Of a stretch of 64,000 nt of DNA, positions 27,188 to 37,183 are shown one piece after another (the first letter of the stretch is position 1; the number at the start of each line of letters is the position of its first letter). The notes under the pieces were generated by a model. That model worked only from the letters and a program-made list of their open reading frames with translations, did not search any database and was not told the origin of the DNA. Source of the stretch: an uncultured delta proteobacterium (lineage in GTDB: Bacteria > Desulfobacterota > Desulfuromonadia > Geobacterales > DSM-12255); assembly GCA_963787125.1 (NCBI GenBank), contig CAWBBV010000023.1, forward strand, positions 143,624-207,623. The letters are read 5' to 3'. The position numbers and the translations under genes were made by a program.

Positions 27188-28585
27188 ATGGTGGCGGAAT
27201 TTTATTGGGGCACTGTGCGGAGAAAACTCGTAGAACAACTTACACTGCTGGCCAGTGTTATAAAATGGACTTGCTACGCCTCTATTGTCGGTGCTCTAGT
27301 TGGCTGCGGCACAGCCGCATTCCTCCGGACGCTTGGCTGGGCATCTGCTCTGTTTGCAAGGTATCCGGATTATTATCTGTTTCTTCCAGTAACTCTTGTC
27401 GTCTGCAGTCTTTTGGTTTTATGGCTTGCTCCGGAAGCAGCGGGGCATGGAACCGAGAAAGTCATTGAGGCTGTCCACAAGCGAATGGGCAAGATTCCTC
27501 TCATGGTAGTGCCGGTAAAGCTGGTGGCAACCGTCATTACTCTTGCGGGCGGCGGCTCTGCCGGCAAGGAGGGGCCCTGCGCTCAAATCGGCGCAGGGCT
27601 GGCCTCCTCGTTTGCCAGCCTGCTCAGACTGGAAGGGGTTGACCGGCGCAAGCTTGTTATCTGCGGGATCAGCGCCGGCTTTGCCACAGTGTTCGGAACT
27701 CCGATAGCTGGAGCTCTTTTCGGTGTTGAGGTGCTGGTACTGGGTCATATGTTTTATGACGTCCTGTTCCCTTCCTTCGTTGCCGGGATTATCGGTTTTC
27801 ATGTGGCTACACAGCTCGGGGTTACATACCCCGGCCTGGCAACAAAGATATTGCCAGCAGTAAGCAGCTGGAGTTTTGTGGAGATGATCATGCTCGGGAT
27901 ATGGTGTGGCCTGATAGCATTGATATTTATTGAGCTGATGCATTTGAGCGAGCGGCTGTTCGCCAGGATTCCGTGGCCTGCATACGCCAAGGCACTTCTC
28001 GGCGGTGTGATGCTGGTAATTGTTGGCAGGGTGATTTCAACGCGCTATCTGGGGCTTGGCCTTGAGTCAATCGAAGCAGGGCTGAACGGAGAGGTATTGC
28101 CTGTTGGAGCAGCGCTGATAAAGTCCGTTACCACAGCCATAACCCTCGGTTGCGGCGGCAGCGGCGGAGTAGTGACCCCGATTTTCTTTATCGGTACCGC
28201 CGCTGGTAATCTGTTTGCGTACCTTTTTCATGAACCTTTGGTAGCAACTTTTTCTGCTATCGGCATGGTAGCGCTGCTGGCAGGCGCGGCAAACACACCG
28301 ATTGCGGCGTCAGTTATGGCAATGGAACTTTTTGGCGCAGGTATCGCCCCTCACGCAGCCGTTGCCTGCATGGTCAGCTTTCTGATTGTCGGCTATCGCA
28401 GTATATATCCGAGCCAACTGTTGGGCATGCAGAAGAGTACTTCATTGAAAGTGAAAACCGGCAAACCGCTTTGCGAATACGAACCTGCGGCAGTTAATCA
28501 CCGGGGGACATCTCTCTATGGTGTCCTGGCGAAAGGGGTTAAGCGTGTGCGGAGAGTCAGGAAGGATTATTCTGGTGAAAGGTAA
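27188..28585 (+). CDS. CLC family anion channel/antiporter (EriC-like)
   Basis: GGSAGKEGP, FGTPIAGALF, GGSGGVVTP, GAANTP. Confidence 0.92.
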   Translation: MVAEFYWGTVRRKLVEQLTLLASVIKWTCYASIVGALVGCGTAAFLRTLGWASALFARYPDYYLFLPVTLVVCSLLVLWLAPEAAGHGTEKVIEAVHKRMGKIPLMVVPVKLVATVITLAGGGSAGKEGPCAQIGAGLASSFASLLRLEGVDRRKLVICGISAGFATVFGTPIAGALFGVEVLVLGHMFYDVLFPSFVAGIIGFHVATQLGVTYPGLATKILPAVSSWSFVEMIMLGIWCGLIALIFIELMHLSERLFARIPWPAYAKALLGGVMLVIVGRVISTRYLGLGLESIEAGLNGEVLPVGAALIKSVTTAITLGCGGSGGVVTPIFFIGTAAGNLFAYLFHEPLVATFSAIGMVALLAGAANTPIAASVMAMELFGAGIAPHAAVACMVSFLIVGYRSIYPSQLLGMQKSTSLKVKTGKPLCEYEPAAVNHRGTSLYGVLAKGVKRVRRVRKDYSGER

Positions 28586-28732
28586 GAGCCGTCAGTTCCA
28601 TTGTCAGCCCAAGATTCTCGTGCGCAAGATCTCGATACTGCTATTGGGACTTATGTTCAGCGCAGTGGTTTTAATCTAACTCTGAAACAGATATATTGTG
28701 TAACCTGTGACCAGTGGTAGCCTCGCTACAAC

Positions 28733-29653
28733 TCAGCTCTCTTCTTGCATTGCTGTTGCGAAAGCCCGCATGCTTTTGGCTTTTTTAAGCTCTTTTAGCA
28801 TCTTTTCCAGCTCTGGATCAGCTACCTGGGAAACGATCGCCTTCAGTTTTCCCAGGACCTGCATGTCCCCGCAAAACAGTTCTCTATAACGAACTATCAT
28901 CTTCTGCAAATAGCTGCCGAGTTCAGCTCTGCGCTCTGAAGCCACAGGCGACGGTTTTGCCCGTTCTCGCAGGCGCTCAAACAGAAGCGGATCGGCAATT
29001 GCCCCCCGTCCCAGCATCAGTCCGGCAGCGCCGGTTTCCTGGAGCAGCCGCTGACCATCAGCAACAGTTCTGATATCGCCGTTGGCAATTACCGGGAGAC
29101 ATGTTTCCCGCACAACTCTGGTTGTCAGCATGTGGTCGGCACTTCCGCTGTACTCCTGTACGACGGTCCGCGGGTGGAGGATGAGAAAGTCGACTCCGGC
29201 CGATTCAAAGAGCGGCAAGAGCGTGAGAATCTGCTCAGGATCGTCATAGCCGGCGCGGATCTTGACAGAAAATGAGCCACGGACTGAATCTCTCAGCGGC
29301 CTGATAATTTCGGCAATACCTTCCGGCCGTTTCAGCATGCCGCCACCTGTCAGGCCGCTTGTCATCCGGCCATAGGGGCAGCCCATGTTCAGGTTGAGGT
29401 GTACTGCACCGGCTTTTTGAGCTTCCAGAGAGGCTGTTACCAGCGCTTCGCGGCCATGCCCCACCAGTTGGACGACAAGCGGCACACCCGCTTCCGCTGC
29501 GGCCATTTCCCGCAGGTCTGCTTTAGAGAGTTTCTTTACCTCTGCGGCCGCATTGACCCGCATGAATTCGGTAAAAACAACATCAGGGCGGACTTTTTCG
29601 ATGAAATAGGCGCGCAGGGCTCGATTGGTCAAGCCCTGCATTGGTGCCAGCAT
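28733..29653 (-). CDS. tRNA-dihydrouridine synthase (Dus) family protein
   Basis: MLAPMQG, NLNMGCP, VKIRAG, HPRT, ANGDI, MLGRGA; real start may be TTG 29719. Confidence 0.88.
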   Translation of the reverse strand: MLAPMQGLTNRALRAYFIEKVRPDVVFTEFMRVNAAAEVKKLSKADLREMAAAEAGVPLVVQLVGHGREALVTASLEAQKAGAVHLNLNMGCPYGRMTSGLTGGGMLKRPEGIAEIIRPLRDSVRGSFSVKIRAGYDDPEQILTLLPLFESAGVDFLILHPRTVVQEYSGSADHMLTTRVVRETCLPVIANGDIRTVADGQRLLQETGAAGLMLGRGAIADPLLFERLRERAKPSPVASERRAELGSYLQKMIVRYRELFCGDMQVLGKLKAIVSQVADPELEKMLKELKKAKSMRAFATAMQEES

Positions 29654-29708
29654 TAATGGGGGGGAGTCCTGTTGCCAGGGGAGTTTAACCGGCTTTTTCA
29701 GGGGGGGA

Positions 29709-30257
29709 CTAGCCGACAAGCTGCGACTTTGTGAAGATTGCTTTGAGCCAGTAACCTTCGGCTTCGATATTCTCCCGGCCCCCTTCTTCACGATCAACCA
29801 GGGAAACGATGCCAAGGACGTCAAGTCCTTCCTCTTTAGCCCGCTCGACAGCCTTCATTGATGAACCGCCGGTGGTGACAACATCTTCAACAATGACAAC
29901 TTTAGTCCCTGGGGGTAGATTTTTCCGCCCCTCCAGCCACTGACCGGTGCCGTGACCCTTCGGTTCTTTCCTGATAATAAAGGCGTGCAGCGGCTGCCCG
30001 GCCAGATAGGCGGCGATGGATGTTGCTGTTGCTATCGGATCGGCGCCGAGGGTGATTCCGCCGACTGCCTGAACACCGGGGACATCCTTGACAGCTTCGT
30101 AAAAGAGTCTGCCGACCAGCAGCCCCCCCTCAGCATGGAGAGTCGTCTGTTTGCCGTCGAAATAGAAGTCGCTCTGCCGCCCCGAAGCAAGGGTCACCAG
30201 CCGTTTTTCGTAGGAGAGTTCCAGAATGATTTCTTTAAGTTTGTCGCGATCGGTCAT
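29709..30257 (-). CDS. pyrE: Orotate phosphoribosyltransferase
   Basis: [31 protein letters not shown]. Confidence 0.97.
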   Translation of the reverse strand: MTDRDKLKEIILELSYEKRLVTLASGRQSDFYFDGKQTTLHAEGGLLVGRLFYEAVKDVPGVQAVGGITLGADPIATATSIAAYLAGQPLHAFIIRKEPKGHGTGQWLEGRKNLPPGTKVVIVEDVVTTGGSSMKAVERAKEEGLDVLGIVSLVDREEGGRENIEAEGYWLKAIFTKSQLVG

Positions 30258-31672
30258 TTTACATACTCCTTGTCAAATAGGTCCATCTGGGAGTCTCGCC
30301 CCATGTTTTGAAAGCTTATCGGATATTCGCCGGTAAAACAGGCGGAACAGGCGGTGCTGTTTTCAGCGCCGACCGAGTTTTTCAGCCCTTCCCGGGAAAG
30401 GTAACCGAGAGTGTCGGCGGTTATGTATTTCCTGATCTCATCAATGGTGTGGGAAGCGGAGATCAGCTCCTTGCGGTTGGGGGTGTCGATGCCGTAGTAA
30501 CAGGGGTAGCTGGTTGGTGGCGATGATATCCGCATATGAATTTCACTGGCGCCGGCATTTCTGACCATCTTGACAATTTTGCGTGAGGTTGTGCCCCGGA
30601 CAATGGAGTCATCAATGATTACGACACGTTTCCCCTGAAGGATCTCCCTGACCGGATTCAGCTTTATCTTGACGCCAAAGTGGCGGATGGACTGCTGTGG
30701 TTCGATGAAGGTCCTGCCAACGTAATGGTTGCGGATCAGGCCGAGCTCGAACGGCAGGCCGGCCTCTTCCGCATACCCCATGGCAGCCGGAACGCCCGAA
30801 TCTGGGACGGCAATAACAATGTCAGCTTCAACTCCGTGTTCCCGAGCCAGTTGTCGTCCCATCTCTTTTCTGACCATGTAGACATTCTTGCCGAAAATTA
30901 ACGAATCGGGGCGGGCAAAATAAACGAACTCGAAGATGCACGGTTTAGGGGTTACTTTTTTCCACGGGGAGCAGCTGGTTATGCCGTTTTTATCGATGAT
31001 TATCATCTCGCCCGGCTCGATCTCCCGGATGAATTCTGCTTCTATCAGGTCCAGGGCGCAGCTCTCCGAGGCAACAACATAGGAGCCCCCCTGTTTGCCG
31101 AGGCAAAGGGGACGGAAACCGTGAGGATCTCTGACCGCAATCATTCTGCTCTCTGTCAAAAAGAGAAGGCAGTAGGCGCCTTCAACCCGCTCCAGTGCCG
31201 AGGTTATCCTTTCGACCAGCGAGTCGTCCCGGGTCGTTGCCAGCAGATGAACGATAATCTCGGTGTCCATGGAGGTCTGGAAAATGGAACCGTAAGCTTC
31301 CAGTTCGGAGCGGATCAGCTGGGCATTGACGATGTTGCCGTTGTGCGCGACTGCAATCGAGCCTCTGGAGTACTCAACCATTATCGGCTGGGTGTTTTTT
31401 ATGTCCGAAGAGCCGGCAGTCGAATAGCGCACATGGCCGATAGCCGCATTGCCGGGGAGTTTGCTGAAGGTCTGCTGGTTGCCAAAGACATCAGCCACAA
31501 GGCCCATCGCCTTATGGGCATGGAGGTTACGACCGTCGGAAGAGACGATGCCGCACGCCTCCTGTCCCCGGTGTTGCAGGGCGTACAGGCCGAGATAGGT
31601 AAGGTTTGATGCTTCCGGATGGTTGAAAATTCCGAAAATGCCACACTCTTCTTCAGGACGGTTGAAATTCAT
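30254..31672 (-). CDS. purF: Amidophosphoribosyltransferase
   Basis: [30 protein letters not shown]. Confidence 0.98.
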   Translation of the reverse strand: MNFNRPEEECGIFGIFNHPEASNLTYLGLYALQHRGQEACGIVSSDGRNLHAHKAMGLVADVFGNQQTFSKLPGNAAIGHVRYSTAGSSDIKNTQPIMVEYSRGSIAVAHNGNIVNAQLIRSELEAYGSIFQTSMDTEIIVHLLATTRDDSLVERITSALERVEGAYCLLFLTESRMIAVRDPHGFRPLCLGKQGGSYVVASESCALDLIEAEFIREIEPGEMIIIDKNGITSCSPWKKVTPKPCIFEFVYFARPDSLIFGKNVYMVRKEMGRQLAREHGVEADIVIAVPDSGVPAAMGYAEEAGLPFELGLIRNHYVGRTFIEPQQSIRHFGVKIKLNPVREILQGKRVVIIDDSIVRGTTSRKIVKMVRNAGASEIHMRISSPPTSYPCYYGIDTPNRKELISASHTIDEIRKYITADTLGYLSREGLKNSVGAENSTACSACFTGEYPISFQNMGRDSQMDLFDKEYVK

Positions 31673-31741
31673 TTAAGCTCCATTTTGAGCCACGGATATA
31701 TTGGATATCGCGGCAATCTGAAATGCTTGGGCTGATACTGA

Positions 31742-32569
31742 CTAAAGTAGATGGGTTTTTACAAATTCGGCTGCGTTTTTGTACAGAATCAGGCCGTCCC
31801 CCGTTTCAGGAAGGGTCTCTCTTGTCCAGCGCGGGTGTTGAGTATAGTGGACAAAAGCTTCAGGGTGAGGCATCAGCCCCATGAGTCTGCCGGTGGGGTC
31901 ACAGAGGGCGGCGATGGCGTTAATGGAGCCGTTGGGGTTTTCCGGAAAATCCAGGGTTGCTGCAGAGTAATCCTTGCCGGAGTATTTAAGGACGGCAAGA
32001 TGGGCGGCTTCGATCCGTGCCAGAGTGCTGTCGCTGTCGCAGACGAACTTTCCTTCGCCATGCCTTACCGGCAGATAAATCCCTTGCTCAATCCCTTTCG
32101 TATAAATGCAGGGGGATGCAGGGTCGGCTTTAAGGTAGCACCAGCGATCCTGAAAACGACCGCAGTCGTTATGCATTAGCGTCACACTCTGGTTCAGGTA
32201 GTTGCCGTCAAGGCCGGGGAGCATCCCCATTTTCACCATCAACTGAAAACCGTTACAAACACCGAGAATCAGTTTGCCGGCTGCTATAAAACGGCTGAAC
32301 TGTTCGACCAGTTTTTCGCCGCTGCCGCTGACAGTGGCATGCTTGAGCCGGTTTGCCTGGGCTTTGGCGCTACCCAGGTCATCGCCATCAAGGAAACCGC
32401 CGGTTAGATTAAGGAAGTGAAAATCATCCAACCGGATTTCGCCGGAAAGAATTTCGGCGATATGGGCGATGACTGCTTCGTTAAATCCGCCGAGACGGCA
32501 GGCATGGGCCGCCTCCATCTCACAGTTGGTGCCGTTGCCGGTTATTACAATCGCGCGTGATTTTGCCAT
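31742..32569 (-). CDS. purQ: FGAM synthase glutaminase subunit
   Basis: GTNCE, GGFLDGD, GVCNGFQ, HGEG, MPHPE. Confidence 0.96.
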   Translation of the reverse strand: MAKSRAIVITGNGTNCEMEAAHACRLGGFNEAVIAHIAEILSGEIRLDDFHFLNLTGGFLDGDDLGSAKAQANRLKHATVSGSGEKLVEQFSRFIAAGKLILGVCNGFQLMVKMGMLPGLDGNYLNQSVTLMHNDCGRFQDRWCYLKADPASPCIYTKGIEQGIYLPVRHGEGKFVCDSDSTLARIEAAHLAVLKYSGKDYSAATLDFPENPNGSINAIAALCDPTGRLMGLMPHPEAFVHYTQHPRWTRETLPETGDGLILYKNAAEFVKTHLL

Positions 32570-32645
32570 CTATATCGAATCTCCTTGTCTTTGGGAAACG
32601 AGACATATTACTACAAATATATGGAGTCTGTCCTTTAGAATTTAT

Positions 32646-33410
32646 TTATTTTGTTCCGATTTGAAAATCCATCCCCATTAGAGTTTTTTGCGGTATTTGC
32701 TCGTAGCCCCATTTACTGTAGGTAATCTTTGGGAGCAACTCTTCCACAAAACTTGCAATGCCGTTAATAGTTATGCTGCCGTTCTTGTCTGCCGCTTTAC
32801 CCTTGAGCCCTTCCATGAGAGCCCAGGTAAATACTCCATGCCCTTCGTATCCTTCAAGTGCCACCTGATTCTTGCTGCTGGCAACAATGGTAGCCCGGCC
32901 CACGGCGCGGGAGAGTTTGGTAATAGCGGTTTTTTCGATCATTCCCCGGCTGGCGATTGCCTCGGCAAAGGAACCGCTATTGCAAGTATCAAGCAGCAGC
33001 AGGGACTTCATTGCCTGAATGTTGGCAAGGTTGCGCTTGAAATCATCCATAGAGATGCCTTGGCTCACAATTGCATTCTCACCAGTGTAACGGAAGTCAA
33101 CCGGGAGGAAGTAATACCCGCCATCTTTATCGTGCGTAATACCATGCCCGGCGACAAAGAGGATAAATACATCTTCCCGCTTTGTCTGCTTGCCGATGGT
33201 TTCAAAAGCGTTGGCGAGTTCAACTTTGGTCACGTTTTCATTATAAATCCGGTGCAGACGGACATTGCCGAAAAGGTTACCGGCTGATTTTTACAGAGAC
33301 GCAATCAGCTCTTCGGCATCACCTTTGGCATACTTCAGCCGCAAATCGCCGTCGCTGTAACTGTCCACGGCAACAGCCAGGATGTGCAGATCAGGTTTTT
33401 CTTTTGCGGT
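32646..33410 (-). pseudogene. 5'-truncated caspase-family gene with an in-frame nonsense codon
   Basis: Frame reads KPDLHILAVAVDSYSDGDLRLKYAKGDAEELIASL*(TAA 33291-33293)KSAG..FVAGHG..LDTCNSG. Confidence 0.8.
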
Positions 33411-33481
33411 ACAGCCTGTTCAGAAAAAAATAGGGGTCAATGCTCCACTCTCTCCATCCACTGTCAGCCCCCGTTGCATCC

Positions 33482-33506
33482 GGGCGAGCTACCGGCTCGC
33501 CCCTGC
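33482..33506 (-). repeat. GTAG-type REP-like palindrome (GCAG variant)
   Basis: Minus strand gcaggggcgagccggtagctcgccc; stem gggcgagc/gctcgccc. Confidence 0.6.
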
Positions 33507-33510
33507 CCAT

Positions 33511-34725
33511 CTAATACAAAAAACCGAACAGCCAAAGCGGAATCTTGTTTCTGAAGCCAACCTCGATGTCATCGGCCACAACAAAAGCCTCCGCCACCCC
33601 GTCGATCTGCTTGAAACCTTTCTTCTTGCCGCCGACTTCAAAAGTGTACCGCCCATTGACAATAAAATCACCGCTGGCGGCAAGCTCAACGGTACTTTCA
33701 AGCAACTGGGGGTGAATGCTGTGGGCATTACGTAACTGATTGACGAAAAACAACTCCCGTAACGCCCCGATGTTTACCTCGTCGTTAATGGCATACATCA
33801 GGTTGCTGTTCTCCAGCAGAATCTTTTCCGGTCGGGTCAGCACCTCGTAACCTCTCCCCTGGCTCCGCACCAGATTAAGCAGCTTTGCATTCTGCAAATT
33901 TTCCAGATATTCGTACAGGCGCGGGCGGGATATGTCTGTCGCTTCGGCCAGTTTGGCGATATTCGGCACAAATGGCACACCGGTTGCCAGCAGATAAAGC
34001 AGCTTTTTTATCTTCGATACCTGCCTCGGCTCGATACGGTTGACAAACGGAAGATCCACCTCAAGGATGTGGTTGATAACCTCACGCAGCTTGAATTTGT
34101 AGAGCGCCGCCCCCTCAAGAAAAAACGGATAATAGCCGCTCTGCAAATAGTCACGGAACTCCTTCAGAGGCTTGAACTCGCGGCAGAGGTCAGCGGCAAG
34201 CTGCTGGTGATCGCTGAGGATCGTCTCCAGAGGGTATACCGGCTGCTCTTTCTGCTGACTGAAGTTGATATACTCCCGCAAGGAAAGTCCATGCAGGTTG
34301 TAGATGATGGCCCGACGACTGAGATCACCCTTCTGTTTGGCAATCTGCAACAAGCTTGAGCCGGAAAAGACGATCTTCAGATCCGGAAGGGAATCGTAGA
34401 CCGATTTCAGATGCACCGACCAGTCTGGATACTTGTGGATTTCATCAAGGAAAAGGGCTGTGCCGCCAATCTGGTGAAACTCCCTGGCGAATTCAAACAG
34501 GTTGTGAGCCTGAAAGTAGGGGCTGTCAACCGAGACATACAGAGCCTTGTTGCCGGAACCATAGGTCGCCTTGATATGCTGCAGCATCAGGGTTGTCTTG
34601 CCAGTGCCCCGTGCTCCCAGAATGCCAATGCAGCGCTCGTTCCACTCAATCCGGCTGTAGAGATACCGTCTTGTCGGGGTTACGGCATCGACCAGTCGCT
34701 GCTGTTCACGAAAAATGTGTTCCAA
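33511..34725 (-). CDS. AAA+ ATPase (AAA_14 + DUF4143-like C-terminus)
   Basis: GARGTGKT, LFLDEIH, SGSS, DLSRRA, GYYP, FEVGG. Confidence 0.9.
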   Translation of the reverse strand: MEHIFREQQRLVDAVTPTRRYLYSRIEWNERCIGILGARGTGKTTLMLQHIKATYGSGNKALYVSVDSPYFQAHNLFEFAREFHQIGGTALFLDEIHKYPDWSVHLKSVYDSLPDLKIVFSGSSLLQIAKQKGDLSRRAIIYNLHGLSLREYINFSQQKEQPVYPLETILSDHQQLAADLCREFKPLKEFRDYLQSGYYPFFLEGAALYKFKLREVINHILEVDLPFVNRIEPRQVSKIKKLLYLLATGVPFVPNIAKLAEATDISRPRLYEYLENLQNAKLLNLVRSQGRGYEVLTRPEKILLENSNLMYAINDEVNIGALRELFFVNQLRNAHSIHPQLLESTVELAASGDFIVNGRYTFEVGGKKKGFKQIDGVAEAFVVADDIEVGFRNKIPLWLFGFLY

Positions 34726-34802
34726 TGTCTAACCTCGCTATTTTGTAAATCTCATTTTACATTATAATAAGTAAAATGCAAATAGCGTTTTACATGTTCA
34801 GG

Positions 34803-36944
34803 TTATCGCCTGTTCCACGCGCCGCGCACCAATCTGAGCTCTTCGTAACTTATGGAGTCCGGCAGACCTTCCTTTAATAGTGACAAGTTTGCCGTGCCAT
34901 CTTTCTCCAGTCTGGCCTGAATTAAAAGTACCTTGTCAGCATCAACAAACTGCAGCAGGTCGACATCAGCCCCTTTCTCCAGCAGCTCTTCAAGATGGGC
35001 GGAGATGGTTGATCCTTTCAAGCCGCGTCGGGCGCAGATCTCCTGAAAATCAAGCCCTTCCCTGTAGAGCCGGAGTGTCTCCAGCTGCGTATCACTCATG
35101 GCCAGACGCAGGTCATTGTCCGTAAGTTTCAAAACGGTGGAGCCTGAATTCCCTCCATACGCTGCAATCGCCTCCAGAAAGGGTTGGCCGTACTGGCGCA
35201 GTTTGTGTTCGCCGACACCGGTAATCTGACGGAACTCGTACGTGTCGCGGGGCATATTTCTGGCCATTTCCGCCAGGGTTGCATCGGAGAAGACCACGAA
35301 CGGCGGGACTGAGGCGGCGTCGGCAAGTTTTTTCCGCAGCGCCCGGAGAGTGTCGAAGAGCGCCTGATCGTAATCTTTCTTGCCCCCGGTTTTTTTCTTC
35401 CCTTTTTCAACCGTCTCCACCGGGTTACGTGGCCGCCCGAGAATCACCTCAAGCTCTCCTTTGAGTACCGGTCGGGCAGTCGCAGAGAGACGCAAGGCGC
35501 CGAAACGGCTGAAATCCTGAACAAGATAGCCCAGGTGAATCAGCTGGCGAAAGATATTCTCCCACTCCACAGCCGGGATGTCACTGCCGATGCCGTAGGT
35601 GGAGAGCTGGTTATGGTGCAGCTCCATGAGGCGCTGGCTCTTGCTGCCGCGCAGTACTTCAATGAGATGCATCATGCCGAAACGCTCGCCGACCCGGTAT
35701 ACACAGGAGAGGGCCTTTTGCGCCGCAATGGTGGCATCAAAGCGCTCCGGCGGGTCGGTGCAGATGTCACAGTTGTCGCATTTGTGCTCGTCCAGGTCGC
35801 CAAAATAGGCCAGGAGCGCCCGCCGCCTGCAGGTGAGAGCCTCGGCGTACGCCACCATGGCGCTTAGCTTCTGAATCTCGATCCGGATCCGTTCGGCATT
35901 GTCGCTGTTTTCAATCAGCTTGCGCGCGGTCATGACATCTCCCATGCCAAAAAGCATCAGCGCTTCGGACGGCAGGCCGTCACGCCCGGCACGACCGGTT
36001 TCCTGATAATAACTTTCGACGCTTTTGGGCATGTCGTAATGCACCACAAAACGGACGTTGGGCTTGTCAATTCCCATGCCGAAGGCGACGGTGGCCACGA
36101 CGATGCGAATGTCGTCCCGCTGGAAGGCATTCTGCACCCGTTGCCGCTCGGCATCCGGCAGGCCGGCATGATAAGCTGCCGCTGAAAACCCTTCCAGCTG
36201 CAGCCGCTCGGCAACCTGCTCCACCCGTTTACGACTGAGAGCGTAGACAATACCGGCTTCATCACGACGACCGCCCAGAAAGTTTTCCAGCTGAGTAAAA
36301 GGCTTCTGTTTGGGAATAACGGTATAGGTGATGTTGGGCCGGTCAAAGCCGGCAACAAAAACAGTCGCCTGCTGGATACCGAGCTGCTTGATAATGTCGG
36401 TGCGGGTCTCGGGATCCGCAGTGGCGGTCATGGCAATGACGGGAACCGCGGGGAAGCTCTGCCGCAAGCGCCCAAGCCGGGTGTATTCCGGCCTGAAGTC
36501 ATGACCCCACTGGGAGATGCAGTGGGCTTCGTCAATAGCGAACATGGCAACTTTGATGGTAGCGAGTTTTGCCAGAAACTCCGCCATCATCAGTCGCTCC
36601 GGGGCAACGTAGAGCAGATCCAGGTCGCCCCGATCAATCTTCTGGAAAACCAGGCGGGCTTCCCCTGTAGTAAGTGAGGAGTTTAACAGGGCAGCGCGTA
36701 CGCCGTTGGCAACAAGGGCGTCGACCTGATCTTTCATCAGTGAGATGAGCGGCGAGACCACAATCGCCAGGCCATCCCGGTGCAGTGCCGGCACCTGGTA
36801 GCAGAGTGACTTTCCTCCGCCGGTCGGCATGACGAGAAAGACATCTTCGCCGGCAACGACCCGTTCGATAACCTCCTGCTGTGGAGGGCGGAACTGGTGA
36901 AAACCGAAGACCGCTGCGAGTGTTTTGTGGATGGTTTTTGTCAT
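34803..36944 (-). CDS. recQ: ATP-dependent DNA helicase RecQ
   Basis: MPTGGGKSLCYQ, DEAHC.SQWGHDFRP, QETGRAGRDG, RQC and HRDC regions. Confidence 0.98.
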   Translation of the reverse strand: MTKTIHKTLAAVFGFHQFRPPQQEVIERVVAGEDVFLVMPTGGGKSLCYQVPALHRDGLAIVVSPLISLMKDQVDALVANGVRAALLNSSLTTGEARLVFQKIDRGDLDLLYVAPERLMMAEFLAKLATIKVAMFAIDEAHCISQWGHDFRPEYTRLGRLRQSFPAVPVIAMTATADPETRTDIIKQLGIQQATVFVAGFDRPNITYTVIPKQKPFTQLENFLGGRRDEAGIVYALSRKRVEQVAERLQLEGFSAAAYHAGLPDAERQRVQNAFQRDDIRIVVATVAFGMGIDKPNVRFVVHYDMPKSVESYYQETGRAGRDGLPSEALMLFGMGDVMTARKLIENSDNAERIRIEIQKLSAMVAYAEALTCRRRALLAYFGDLDEHKCDNCDICTDPPERFDATIAAQKALSCVYRVGERFGMMHLIEVLRGSKSQRLMELHHNQLSTYGIGSDIPAVEWENIFRQLIHLGYLVQDFSRFGALRLSATARPVLKGELEVILGRPRNPVETVEKGKKKTGGKKDYDQALFDTLRALRKKLADAASVPPFVVFSDATLAEMARNMPRDTYEFRQITGVGEHKLRQYGQPFLEAIAAYGGNSGSTVLKLTDNDLRLAMSDTQLETLRLYREGLDFQEICARRGLKGSTISAHLEELLEKGADVDLLQFVDADKVLLIQARLEKDGTANLSLLKEGLPDSISYEELRLVRGAWNRR

Positions 36945-37042
36945 GTGAAGGGAACACTTGGATAGAGTCTGTTGCTAAAGCCCATAAAGCCTGCTTTGAA
37001 GGAATTTCCCGCAAGCTACCATAATGGCGAGTTCAATGCAAT
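36817..37042. repeat. recQ 5' end and upstream region, duplicated at 38811-39036
   Basis: Long near-identical direct repeat with a diverged middle part. Confidence 0.92.
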
Positions 37043-37134
37043 GTTGCCAAGGAGGGTAGAGCCGTCATTGGGCGGCAGAATGAGAGAGCCGGCAGCGGTT
37101 ACGAAAGCCCTACTGTTGCAGGAGCGTGGCTGAA

Positions 37135-37164
37135 AGCAGCAGTCGGAAGAATCCGACTGCTGTT
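37135..37164. terminator. Hairpin terminator after gap
   Basis: cagcagtcgga-agaa-tccgactgctg. Confidence 0.75.
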
Positions 37165-37183
37165 CTGTTTTTGGCGGCAGTGA

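Noticed and set aside
29654..29824. Long N-terminal extension of the Dus ORF
   Set aside because: Overlaps pyrE by more than 100 bp; the real start is more likely 29719 or 29653.
37085..37135. Riboswitch near acgaaagccc
   Set aside because: Only a short partial match; the adjacent hairpin is explained as the gap terminator.
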